From: a virus
Taxonomy: Duplodnaviria > Caudoviricetes
Length of the DNA stretch: 36,846 nucleotides
Virus record (IMG/VR): IMGVR_UViG_3300020292_000004
Location: 1-36,846 of that record
Reading direction: 5' to 3' (one strand)
Program-made: the position numbers and the translations under genes
The notes under the pieces: generated by a model
Databases searched by the model: none
What the model was told of the DNA's origin: nothing
The model's input: the letters and a program-made list of their open reading frames with translations, nothing else
Part shown: positions 16,469 through 24,720 of the stretch, piece by piece
Layout: every line of letters begins with the position of its first letter
Numbering within the stretch: position 1 is the stretch's first letter

Positions 16469-16621
16469 ATGTGGGAGTCGATCAATAGAACATTAATAAA
16501 TGGAATTGTCTTAGCTTTTGTAATGTCATTTGCTACGCTCGCGCCTCTATATATTCTCGGTGAAATGTTAACTATTAATATTCATCAACAAAAAAGCTAT
16601 GAAAGATTAGTTAATAATTAG
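16469..16621 (+). CDS. 50-aa single-TM peptide
   Basis: Hand-translated MWESINRTLINGIVLAFVMSFATLAPLYILGEMLTINIHQQKSYERLVNN; its stop overlaps the halogenase-like stop. Confidence 0.55.
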   Translation: MWESINRTLINGIVLAFVMSFATLAPLYILGEMLTINIHQQKSYERLVNN

Positions 16622-17682
16622 GTGTTATCTTCCCAAACATCAAATGAAGGTCTGCCCCATTGTCCGTAAGTTTCATCACCTACAGGTTTTTTAATTGGAG
16701 TAAATGGAAGTGTCTTTACATAATTCCAGAACGGGCTATTAAATTTAGAGCCTGTCTTGTAATGCCATAAGACAAAGTTTGCGATTGAATTAACTTCTTT
16801 ATGTAGCAAATGCAAGCATTGAGGAATATCTACTTTATTAATAAAACGATCATAGCCAACTCTAGCAATCCATAGATATAGTCCAGTAGCTGTTGCTTCA
16901 AGAGGTTCAATAAAGGCCGCACTATTACCATTTTTTAATAGTCTTCCAGATTCTGAAAATGGATTAAAGGAACAGTAGTTATCAAACTTCATTTGATGTT
17001 CTATCTCTTCTACACCAAAGCGTTCTTGGAAGTCTTTTATTGCTTCTTCCTTAGAAGTTAACTCACAATTATATAAATAACCTAAGCTTAATTTATCTTC
17101 AGTTGGGACGATAAAACACCAACCATTAGGGTGGGCTATACTTTCAGTCCATATCATTTCTTTTTTTGGTAGGCTTGCAAGTAAAACAGAATTAAGAGGG
17201 TTAACAAGTTTATTTATATTATCTTTATCGATGTTTTTACGTCCTCTACAATCAATAATAAAATCAGCATCAATTTCTTTTTCTGGGTCGGTTATTTCTT
17301 GTTCTTTTACATTAAATAAGCCACTAGATAAAACAGAATCACTCAATTTTTTAGGTGTGTAATGGATACTTACTTGATCAAGTGAATAAAATGAATGAAA
17401 AAACTTTTCTTTCTTAGTCCCCCAATTTTTATATAAGATCCCTGTTTTTAATGTTGCTGCAATAGGATTATTAAACCAATCAAAATCTAAACAAGTAGAA
17501 ATTAACCCTGTAACAGGAATCGTGGTTCCTTGCCCGACTCGCTCGATTGGGTGGTGTACTGAATCATGATATAAATCAATCTCTAAATCTGGTTGATATA
17601 GCCTCCAATGAAGAGCCGTTACACATCCAGCATTGCCAGCCCCAATAACGGCTAGTTTTTTACTCTCCTGATGCCGGATCAT
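16618..17682 (-). CDS. flavin-dependent tryptophan-halogenase-like protein (short form)
   Basis: VIGAGNAG (FAD), ATLKTGI (Lys at the catalytic-like position), FIIDCRG, GWCFIVP, FIEPLEAT. Confidence 0.85.
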   Translation of the reverse strand: MIRHQESKKLAVIGAGNAGCVTALHWRLYQPDLEIDLYHDSVHHPIERVGQGTTIPVTGLISTCLDFDWFNNPIAATLKTGILYKNWGTKKEKFFHSFYSLDQVSIHYTPKKLSDSVLSSGLFNVKEQEITDPEKEIDADFIIDCRGRKNIDKDNINKLVNPLNSVLLASLPKKEMIWTESIAHPNGWCFIVPTEDKLSLGYLYNCELTSKEEAIKDFQERFGVEEIEHQMKFDNYCSFNPFSESGRLLKNGNSAAFIEPLEATATGLYLWIARVGYDRFINKVDIPQCLHLLHKEVNSIANFVLWHYKTGSKFNSPFWNYVKTLPFTPIKKPVGDETYGQWGRPSFDVWEDNT

Positions 17683-17791
17683 GTTGTTTTATATGATCGT
17701 CATAGAATTTTTTAATCTCATCCATTGTAGGATTAGTTAAATCAAGAGTATGTTTGTCACCGTTTGCAGCGGTGTATTCAACTTGTGGCAT
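17660..17791 (-). CDS. 43-aa peptide
   Basis: Hand-translated MPQVEYTAANGDKHTLDLTNPTMDEIKKFYDDHIKQHDPASGE; fills the gap between the fibre gene and the halogenase-like gene. Confidence 0.55.
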   Translation of the reverse strand: MPQVEYTAANGDKHTLDLTNPTMDEIKKFYDDHIKQHDPASGE

Positions 17792-17814
17792 TGTTTTTTA
17801 GTAGTTAATTAATT

Positions 17815-18678
17815 TTAAACATCAGCGCAATTACTGGGGAAACTTCTTGTATCTCCAGGCCAAATAATTCTAATCGCACCGCCGGAGGCGACATAAGTAG
17901 CATGACCACTCCCACTAGATACAGAGCCAGCTCCACCACCGTAATCCCTAGGATTTCTTGACACTGTATTATGGCCTACACTCCCTTGACCATCTCCACC
18001 TTGACCAGCCGAGGCATTATTAGCACCTCCAGCACCTGCCGTCGTTCTAGCATTACCATTCGAGGCGTTACCCTGAGTACCAAATAGACCAGAGCCACCA
18101 CCACCACCGCCATGTTGGTTTGTACCACCTGTATTATTTGACGATCCACCGCCGCCTGCTGCGTCACCAGCCCCAGCATTACCAGCCCCAGATGTTGCAT
18201 CACCTCCAGTGCCACCCGCCCCTGTATAACCTCCTGCACCGCCACCGCCGCCGCCATATTTGTTACCCCAAAACGAGTAGCCTGATCCCCTAATGCCGCC
18301 AGAATTACCGCCAGTTAGGTAAGAGCCGGAAGCTGCACCAGCGGTAGTATCACTATTGCCTCCTCCTGCAAATAAGACATTTGAGGCAGAGAACCATGTG
18401 TCTTCATTCGAATGTACCATTTCGCCAACCTGTAGATTGATTGTTGCACCAGGAGTTGTTGGAATATTATTCCCATATGCAAGCGCCCCCCCGCCCCCAG
18501 GATGTAAACCGCCACTCCCACCACCATTATTTCCGGCACCAATACACACAACAGAAACAGAAGTTACCCCATTTGGGACTGTCCATGTAGTTGTCCCAGG
18601 TGTATCAAAGACTACTTGTCCTGGTGGTTCAGGGCCGCCGCCGCCACCAGACCCCAATAGCATTTGTTGAATAGGCAT
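17815..18678 (-). CDS. glycine-rich tail fibre / receptor-binding protein
   Basis: FDTPGTTTWTVPNGVTSVSVVCIGAG...GGGG repeats...GAIRIIW; start MPIQQ at 18678 gives TAATG coupling. Confidence 0.75.
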   Translation of the reverse strand: MPIQQMLLGSGGGGGPEPPGQVVFDTPGTTTWTVPNGVTSVSVVCIGAGNNGGGSGGLHPGGGGALAYGNNIPTTPGATINLQVGEMVHSNEDTWFSASNVLFAGGGNSDTTAGAASGSYLTGGNSGGIRGSGYSFWGNKYGGGGGGAGGYTGAGGTGGDATSGAGNAGAGDAAGGGGSSNNTGGTNQHGGGGGGSGLFGTQGNASNGNARTTAGAGGANNASAGQGGDGQGSVGHNTVSRNPRDYGGGAGSVSSGSGHATYVASGGAIRIIWPGDTRSFPSNCADV

Positions 18679-20672
18679 TAGCTTAACCCCGCACCTGAGA
18701 TGTAACATTCATCGGCATTTATATATAACAAAGTAGCCATACCCTTACTTGCAAGTGTGCGGTTTCCACTAGTTCCATTAACCGCATGATTCATTGTGCA
18801 ACCACTTCCCTGAGTTAATTGAATATCGGCGCTATGATCGTTGATTATTGTTACCGCTGCACCAGCAGAGGCAGGAAAAACACCTGCTGGAATTGTTATA
18901 GCACCTGCACCAGTTTTTCTTATATGACCGCCTTCATCACTTGCTACTAGGGTATAAGTTGATGATTGAACATTTTGAGGGATAGAACGTAGGTTGCCTC
19001 TGGTGTCTTGTACCGTTCCAGTTACCGTAACCCCCGCAGTTGTAGTTTGTAGCCGAACGTTGCCAGCGCTATAAAGATAAATATCCCCTGCCGTCGTGCA
19101 ATAAATGTTATATCTACCAGTTGTTCCATCATGCTGAGAGATCCACCAGTTTCGATATTCAGCGTTTGCGTAATGTGCCAGTTCTAGATCACCATCATCT
19201 TGTATATAAGATTTAAGCCCTGAAGCTTGACTATTGTGATAAGTGCTATTGCCAATATGGAAGCCCCATTGCTGCGCGTCGTCTCCTTGAATACTGACAA
19301 CAGCACCAGTTGCCCCGTCATCAGTAAAGACTGCGTTTGGTGCGTTAATTTGTCCTGTAGTAGTTAAACCACCCGAAATTGAAAATCCCGTATTTGTAGT
19401 TTCTGCACGCTTTGTGCCGTCGAAAAATAATTCACAAGCTCCGTCTTCAATAAACTTAGCTAAATTTTCGCTAGTATCACTTTTTTGCAATGTGACATGA
19501 TTACCAGTTATATATAAAACACCAGATCCTTTTTCTTGAATATAACTATCTCCACCTGAATCATGGTAGATCTCTAGTTCATCACTAGTTCCTAGTTTTA
19601 CTTTTACATCGTCATTCATGCTGATATTACTGCCAGCATTTATACCAGAGGTGGTAGTTAAAGTCCCTGTTACTGTTGCTCCACCACTCGTAGTCTCAAA
19701 CTTAGGATTTGCACCGCCGTCGAAAAAGAGTTCTACGGCCCCGTCAGGTACACACCTAATTGAAGCTTCACCTGTTTTTGCCCTTATATGAATATTATTA
19801 GTTCCATTCCCTCTGATCATCAAATTACCGGTACCAGTTTGATCTATATATGAATCCGAACCGTCATGATGGAGTTTTAGCCCGTCTGAACTTGTTCCAA
19901 ATATTGCTTTTGCGTTGTCATTAAATATCAAATCATCTGTTGACTTATTCCATGTAACATTTGCAGCATCCCCAGTAAATACAACATCCCCCGTAAATGT
20001 TGCACCTGAGAGATCTGCTTTGCCGCTTATATCTACTGTTGCACTTTGCCAAGAACAAGAACCGTCGCCATCCTCGCGTAGAAACTTCGTACCGCCTGAC
20101 TCTCCAGTTGAGAGGATCGCGGTTCCTTCTGTAGTTGTACTAAGGCTATTTAATTTTGTATGGTCTGCATCCGTGAAAGTGTTTGAATCTGTCGCGCTTT
20201 CTATTGCAGCCGCCAATTGATCAGCCGTTATAGCTCCAGTATTTCCATTTACGCTTGTTACTGCATCGGTCGGGGTTGCTAATTCAGTGAAATCAGCCAT
20301 TGAACCAGCCGTTCCATTATTTTTCATATATGTCTTGCTCTGATCTGATCTGACTACTACATCACCTTCCTGCGTTGTTAACGCAAGCATCGCCGTTTCG
20401 TTTGCAGCCGTTTGGATTGTGCTTAATGCAATTGCACTAGCTGATATTACATTAGAAGCGCTTATAGATACTCCATTTCCTGCCGTATATCCTCCAGCTC
20501 CAGCGGGATATGCCAAAGAAGTCCACGCTGTCGACCCATCACCTATCTTGTATTTTTTAGTATCACTTTCCCATCCAATTTCACCGCTTAACAGTGTTGG
20601 ATTTGCAGACGTGAAATTTGCTGCGGTGTCATATCGCTGCTGCAGTTGTACCTTTACAGTTGTTTGGCTCAT
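18678..20672 (-). CDS. tail fibre protein with Mtd/hyaluronidase-type N-terminal anchor
   Basis: QQRYDTAANFTSANPTLLSGEIGWESDT.KYKIGDG; internal repeats (L.HDG.DSYI...G.G.L; ELFFDG...ETT..G..V.G). Confidence 0.85.
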   Translation of the reverse strand: MSQTTVKVQLQQRYDTAANFTSANPTLLSGEIGWESDTKKYKIGDGSTAWTSLAYPAGAGGYTAGNGVSISASNVISASAIALSTIQTAANETAMLALTTQEGDVVVRSDQSKTYMKNNGTAGSMADFTELATPTDAVTSVNGNTGAITADQLAAAIESATDSNTFTDADHTKLNSLSTTTEGTAILSTGESGGTKFLREDGDGSCSWQSATVDISGKADLSGATFTGDVVFTGDAANVTWNKSTDDLIFNDNAKAIFGTSSDGLKLHHDGSDSYIDQTGTGNLMIRGNGTNNIHIRAKTGEASIRCVPDGAVELFFDGGANPKFETTSGGATVTGTLTTTSGINAGSNISMNDDVKVKLGTSDELEIYHDSGGDSYIQEKGSGVLYITGNHVTLQKSDTSENLAKFIEDGACELFFDGTKRAETTNTGFSISGGLTTTGQINAPNAVFTDDGATGAVVSIQGDDAQQWGFHIGNSTYHNSQASGLKSYIQDDGDLELAHYANAEYRNWWISQHDGTTGRYNIYCTTAGDIYLYSAGNVRLQTTTAGVTVTGTVQDTRGNLRSIPQNVQSSTYTLVASDEGGHIRKTGAGAITIPAGVFPASAGAAVTIINDHSADIQLTQGSGCTMNHAVNGTSGNRTLASKGMATLLYINADECYISGAGLS

Positions 20673-21193
20673 AATCGACTACCACCACCTTTTAACAACA
20701 TTGTAGTAGATGTATTGGTTGAGCCTTCAAGGTCAAGGATAAAAGGATCAGTTCCATTAAACGCATAGCTACCAAATGCGGATTCACTGGGCAACGCCGC
20801 CCCTCCCCCATTCAAATTAAATGTTAATTCTATTCCAGTTAAAATTATTAATTTAACCTGTATATCTGTATAAACCCCTTTGTGTGTCTCGTTTGGTCGT
20901 GCTGCATATCTATATAAACTACCCGATGAAACAACATTAGTAGAATTTCCCCAAGTAACAGATGGTACTTGAAAAGTTAAATGCTCACCCGCTGAATCTA
21001 TAAAGTGCTGTCTAATTAAATCAACATCATCCTCTACAAGATCTAAAAAAGTTAAAACTAATTTATTGTTTGTTAGAGCTAATGAATGTCTAAATACAAC
21101 AGGACCACCAGAAAAAGTATTAGACTGTGAGACGTTTAAAAGCCCTAAGTCATAATTAATTTCATTCGGTTTTAAATAAGGGAAAGCATCCAT
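20669..21193 (-). CDS. distal tail / minor tail protein
   Basis: Position in the tail-tip cluster; pattern similar to 21196..21567 (L.LTF...I..H...F..P...YRYA..P). Confidence 0.6.
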   Translation of the reverse strand: MDAFPYLKPNEINYDLGLLNVSQSNTFSGGPVVFRHSLALTNNKLVLTFLDLVEDDVDLIRQHFIDSAGEHLTFQVPSVTWGNSTNVVSSGSLYRYAARPNETHKGVYTDIQVKLIILTGIELTFNLNGGGAALPSESAFGSYAFNGTDPFILDLEGSTNTSTTMLLKGGGSRL

Positions 21194-21195
21194 AA

Positions 21196-21567
21196 TTAAA
21201 TATTATAAGGCGGTAAAAGTTCAAGGTTAATAGCAATATCAATTTGTCCTATTCCTTCATTAACTTCTGGACTTGTTGCATATCTCCATTTGTAACCAGT
21301 GGGAAAGGTTAAATTAGTAGCCGTTAAAAGATCAGTACTTAAATCAAAGGTTTCATAGTTTGCATGTGTCACATAATGATTAAGTATTGAATTAAAATCT
21401 GTTCTAGGAATACTTTTAAAAGTAAGCGTTAAAGAATGACCATAACTAGCCGAGCTATGCCTTATATTTGTCTCCTCTCCTTTCATAGTTGGTAAACTAC
21501 TACTAGGGAAAGTTCCAGGGGTATAAACTCTAGAACTAGGAATAATACCAGAAGGGAAATTAGCCAT
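21196..21567 (-). CDS. distal tail / minor tail protein
   Basis: LTLTFKSI...ILNHY...WRYATSP; likely start MANFP at 21567. Confidence 0.6.
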   Translation of the reverse strand: MANFPSGIIPSSRVYTPGTFPSSSLPTMKGEETNIRHSSASYGHSLTLTFKSIPRTDFNSILNHYVTHANYETFDLSTDLLTATNLTFPTGYKWRYATSPEVNEGIGQIDIAINLELLPPYNI

Positions 21568-24259
21568 AAGAATAATCACTATAAACTGTGTCTGTAGGGT
21601 TTTTTATGATGCTGTTAATCCCTTCCCATGTCGCCTGAACCCCTGCGGTTTGGTCGTTCGTAAATTCCCATTTTCCACTAATTTTAAAATAGCTACCCTT
21701 CGATCCCATGTAATTGTATAAACCTAAGAAACCAAAGCCACCGCACCCGCCCCCTGCTGCGTTGGTACCTAGTCCACCAAGACTTCCATGAACATTTGCA
21801 ACTTGTACATACTGGACCGCGTTAACGCTTGCCTGCCAAGCCGTCCCACTGCCTGACCCTTTGATTGCTCCTGTATCTGTTGTATTACCTAAGAAAGTCG
21901 CTAATAAACTACAAGAATTTAAACCGGCGATTGTCAAATACCCGTCTGAACTAGTTCTATTACCTGAGCCATCATAAGTATTAAATTGAGTAAAAGAAGA
22001 ACCTAACCCAGTTGTTGTAATGCTACCAGTCATAGCTGGATAAGAAGAGCCACCGCCTAAATCAATTAAATCTCTAGCCGCGATTGCCCTAGTTGCCGTT
22101 CCTATAAATCTTGCATATCGGTAATCATTTACATTAATTTCTATAGCTTTGTCTGTTCTGCCAATCTCTGTAGGTGTACCAAAACCCGAATCAGTAGAAG
22201 AATCTGGACACCTCCATTTAAAAACAATAACCTTATCAATATCATTGTGATGTGCAGTAATTACACCAACAGTTGAACCGCCAACGGTAGTTAAATCAGC
22301 CGCGTTAATTGTATTAGATGCTGAATTTTCCCATACAATAGCGTTAGGGTCTGTGTTCAATGTTCCGTCATCATTTTTAGGAATTGTCCCTCTATATGTG
22401 ATCAATTGACCGCCAGCACAAAAAGGTGTAGGAACAGCCGCTGTTATTTCATCTCCTACTCTTAATGGTCTATCAGTAGTTCTATTATCAGTTAATGATG
22501 TTGAAATAGGGTTATCCAATGGATCGTCAGCATTAGACTCATCACCTAAATCACCGCCTGAATCCCCAACAATTCCAGAACCTAAACTCCCCAAATTGTA
22601 CGAACTTCCATAACCTCCAATATCAAAAGTAGATGTATCAAAACCAGCACCATTAATAGTAGATAATCCACCAGGGGTGGCTAATGTTGTTTTGTTTAAT
22701 GTTGTAGTTACATCACTGGAACTGGGAACAGTAAAGCCAGCACCTGCTAAATTTCCGCGAGTAATCCCAACATCTGAAAGAGTGGTAGAACTGTCAGTTC
22801 TAGAATTAACATCACAAGTAAAATCTGTTCTAGTGGTAGCTAAGACCGTTCCAGCTCCTGTGGCATTTGCTACGAATAGCCCCACCAACGAGCGCCTGGC
22901 ATTGTCAATTGGAAAATGTAATAAATCCAATTTAATTAAGCCGCTACTAGATTTTTCTAGACGTTCAACCTCATATAAATAATCATGGGAAGATAAAACA
23001 TTACTTCCTGTTTCTCTCCTTAATTTAACTCTTACAATATCGCCAACTGAAATTGTGCCATTAAAGGTACTGGGCCTAACTTGTATTCTCAAAGTATGCG
23101 TTATTAATTTCTTTTTCGCAGCAATGAAGGCCGCAACCTTGACTGCATGAGATTCACTAGATACATAATCTGACAGGTCGTAAACATCAAAAGGACCATC
23201 TGCCGCCTCACCATCCATTTTTACTTCATGGCTTCTAATTAGACCTATATCATTATCACTTTGCTGCCGCCAAAGAACAGTTATATTACAGCTCTTTCTC
23301 TCAGTGATAGGAATATATTGAATCTGAAAACTGCGCCCTAAGATATGTTCCTCGGTAAAATTAAAACTAGGGGTTATAGCTGTTGTACAAATCGTATGAT
23401 CAGCATTTGTAACTAGGCGCGGTTTGAATGTATATTTTCCATTTACCTTGGTTAGTCGTAATAAAAAATTATTAGCTGTTTTAGTTAAATAATCTTCTAA
23501 ATTTACACTTTTTTCTAATACACCATTAAAAAATAAACCGTTTGTATTTGTAAAATTTGCCGCCGCTGTTAATGATGTTGTATCTAATAAATCATCAGGA
23601 ATTCTTTTTGATTGCTTTAATAAATAAATAGCTAAATCAATAAAATTATTTGATGGCCCTAGTGTTGAATCTAATATTCTAGTGACGTTCATACCATCCC
23701 TTACAAATACGAAAATTTGCTTTAAATGATTTGAAGACCCATCTGGGAACGTGTTGCTATATGCCAGCGTAGACATGCCTTCATATCCGCCGCTACTGCC
23801 TGTATAAGTTGGTAAATTAGTCCAATCAGTCTTTCCTGAGATACCAGTAGTTATGGAATAGGCAGGGACAAAAGTTCCTGCTCTTTTGTTATAGGTTTGC
23901 TGTGAGCTACCAACGCGGCAAGCCCTTTGGAATACATCTCTAAGTTGTAATTGGTTCATATCACCTTCCGACAATACCAGCATTAAATTCACTGATAATT
24001 CGTTAGTTGTTGCGTTATTTGTAAATCTTCCTTCTGTAGCTGGTGGAGCAATTAAACAACCACCAATGTCTAAACTTCCTACTGTTACCCGACGGCAAAA
24101 GACTATTGGAATTGGCGCTCCAATTTTCGCTGCCCGTTGCCTGACATCTAAGCTGGTTGACGTGTTATTAGATGCCCCTGCTGATGGTTCAGGATTGTCT
24201 ATCAACCCCGACTGGTGAGGCAATAATTCAAGTGGGTCTGGTACTCTGTATTTGGTCAT
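21560..24259 (-). CDS. tail tip / hub (host-specificity gpJ-like) protein
   Basis: 899 aa after the tape measure; IGAPIPIVF, SNNFIDLAIYLL, VGDIVRV motifs; G/S/T-rich C-terminal extension. Confidence 0.75.
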   Translation of the reverse strand: MTKYRVPDPLELLPHQSGLIDNPEPSAGASNNTSTSLDVRQRAAKIGAPIPIVFCRRVTVGSLDIGGCLIAPPATEGRFTNNATTNELSVNLMLVLSEGDMNQLQLRDVFQRACRVGSSQQTYNKRAGTFVPAYSITTGISGKTDWTNLPTYTGSSGGYEGMSTLAYSNTFPDGSSNHLKQIFVFVRDGMNVTRILDSTLGPSNNFIDLAIYLLKQSKRIPDDLLDTTSLTAAANFTNTNGLFFNGVLEKSVNLEDYLTKTANNFLLRLTKVNGKYTFKPRLVTNADHTICTTAITPSFNFTEEHILGRSFQIQYIPITERKSCNITVLWRQQSDNDIGLIRSHEVKMDGEAADGPFDVYDLSDYVSSESHAVKVAAFIAAKKKLITHTLRIQVRPSTFNGTISVGDIVRVKLRRETGSNVLSSHDYLYEVERLEKSSSGLIKLDLLHFPIDNARRSLVGLFVANATGAGTVLATTRTDFTCDVNSRTDSSTTLSDVGITRGNLAGAGFTVPSSSDVTTTLNKTTLATPGGLSTINGAGFDTSTFDIGGYGSSYNLGSLGSGIVGDSGGDLGDESNADDPLDNPISTSLTDNRTTDRPLRVGDEITAAVPTPFCAGGQLITYRGTIPKNDDGTLNTDPNAIVWENSASNTINAADLTTVGGSTVGVITAHHNDIDKVIVFKWRCPDSSTDSGFGTPTEIGRTDKAIEINVNDYRYARFIGTATRAIAARDLIDLGGGSSYPAMTGSITTTGLGSSFTQFNTYDGSGNRTSSDGYLTIAGLNSCSLLATFLGNTTDTGAIKGSGSGTAWQASVNAVQYVQVANVHGSLGGLGTNAAGGGCGGFGFLGLYNYMGSKGSYFKISGKWEFTNDQTAGVQATWEGINSIIKNPTDTVYSDYSYG

Positions 24260-24720
24260 ATCTTTATTGGATTGCCAATTAAGAAATTAGTGAATTTGCG
24301 AGGTGGTGCAAAAACACCAACAGCGCTAAGACTTGAATCAATATCTATAGACAATGTATTAAAATCACCTGAAATATTAGTAGCCAAGCCCAAAAAACTT
24401 ACAATTAATGTTTGGCTACTTTCTGGTGTGACTTGTGACAATCGGCTGTCAAATTCATAAACTTTTAATTCTATTAGTCTTTCTCTACTAATACATAAAG
24501 TAAACACATCTATGTTTTTCTCTGTTGCTGGGAGAGTTAGGCTTATTGCATTACCCCCGCTAGCCGTACTTTGAATTAATCCATCACAATTAAATGGACA
24601 ATATTCATATGTCAACCCTCCCAGGCTAATACTTGAATTTGAATAATAGGACTGAAGCAATTGATAATTAGTATTGCCTGAGTAAATTCTCAAATATTGA
24701 GCTTGAGATCTATTAGACAT
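24256..24720 (-). CDS. minor tail protein (gpL-like position)
   Basis: Directly after the tape measure; YEYCPF and PPRKF motifs. Confidence 0.55.
   Translation of the reverse strand: MSNRSQAQYLRIYSGNTNYQLLQSYYSNSSISLGGLTYEYCPFNCDGLIQSTASGGNAISLTLPATEKNIDVFTLCISRERLIELKVYEFDSRLSQVTPESSQTLIVSFLGLATNISGDFNTLSIDIDSSLSAVGVFAPPRKFTNFLIGNPIKI

Noticed and set aside
17976-18670. Alternative-frame ORFs 17976..18257, 18315..18551 and 18356..18670
   Set aside because: Shadows of Gly-rich GGN codon runs; unlike the MTase case they carry no complementary motif.
18678-20672. Diversity-generating retroelement suggested by the Mtd-like N-terminus
   Set aside because: No reverse transcriptase ORF and no template/variable repeat pair seen; the domain is a common fibre anchor.
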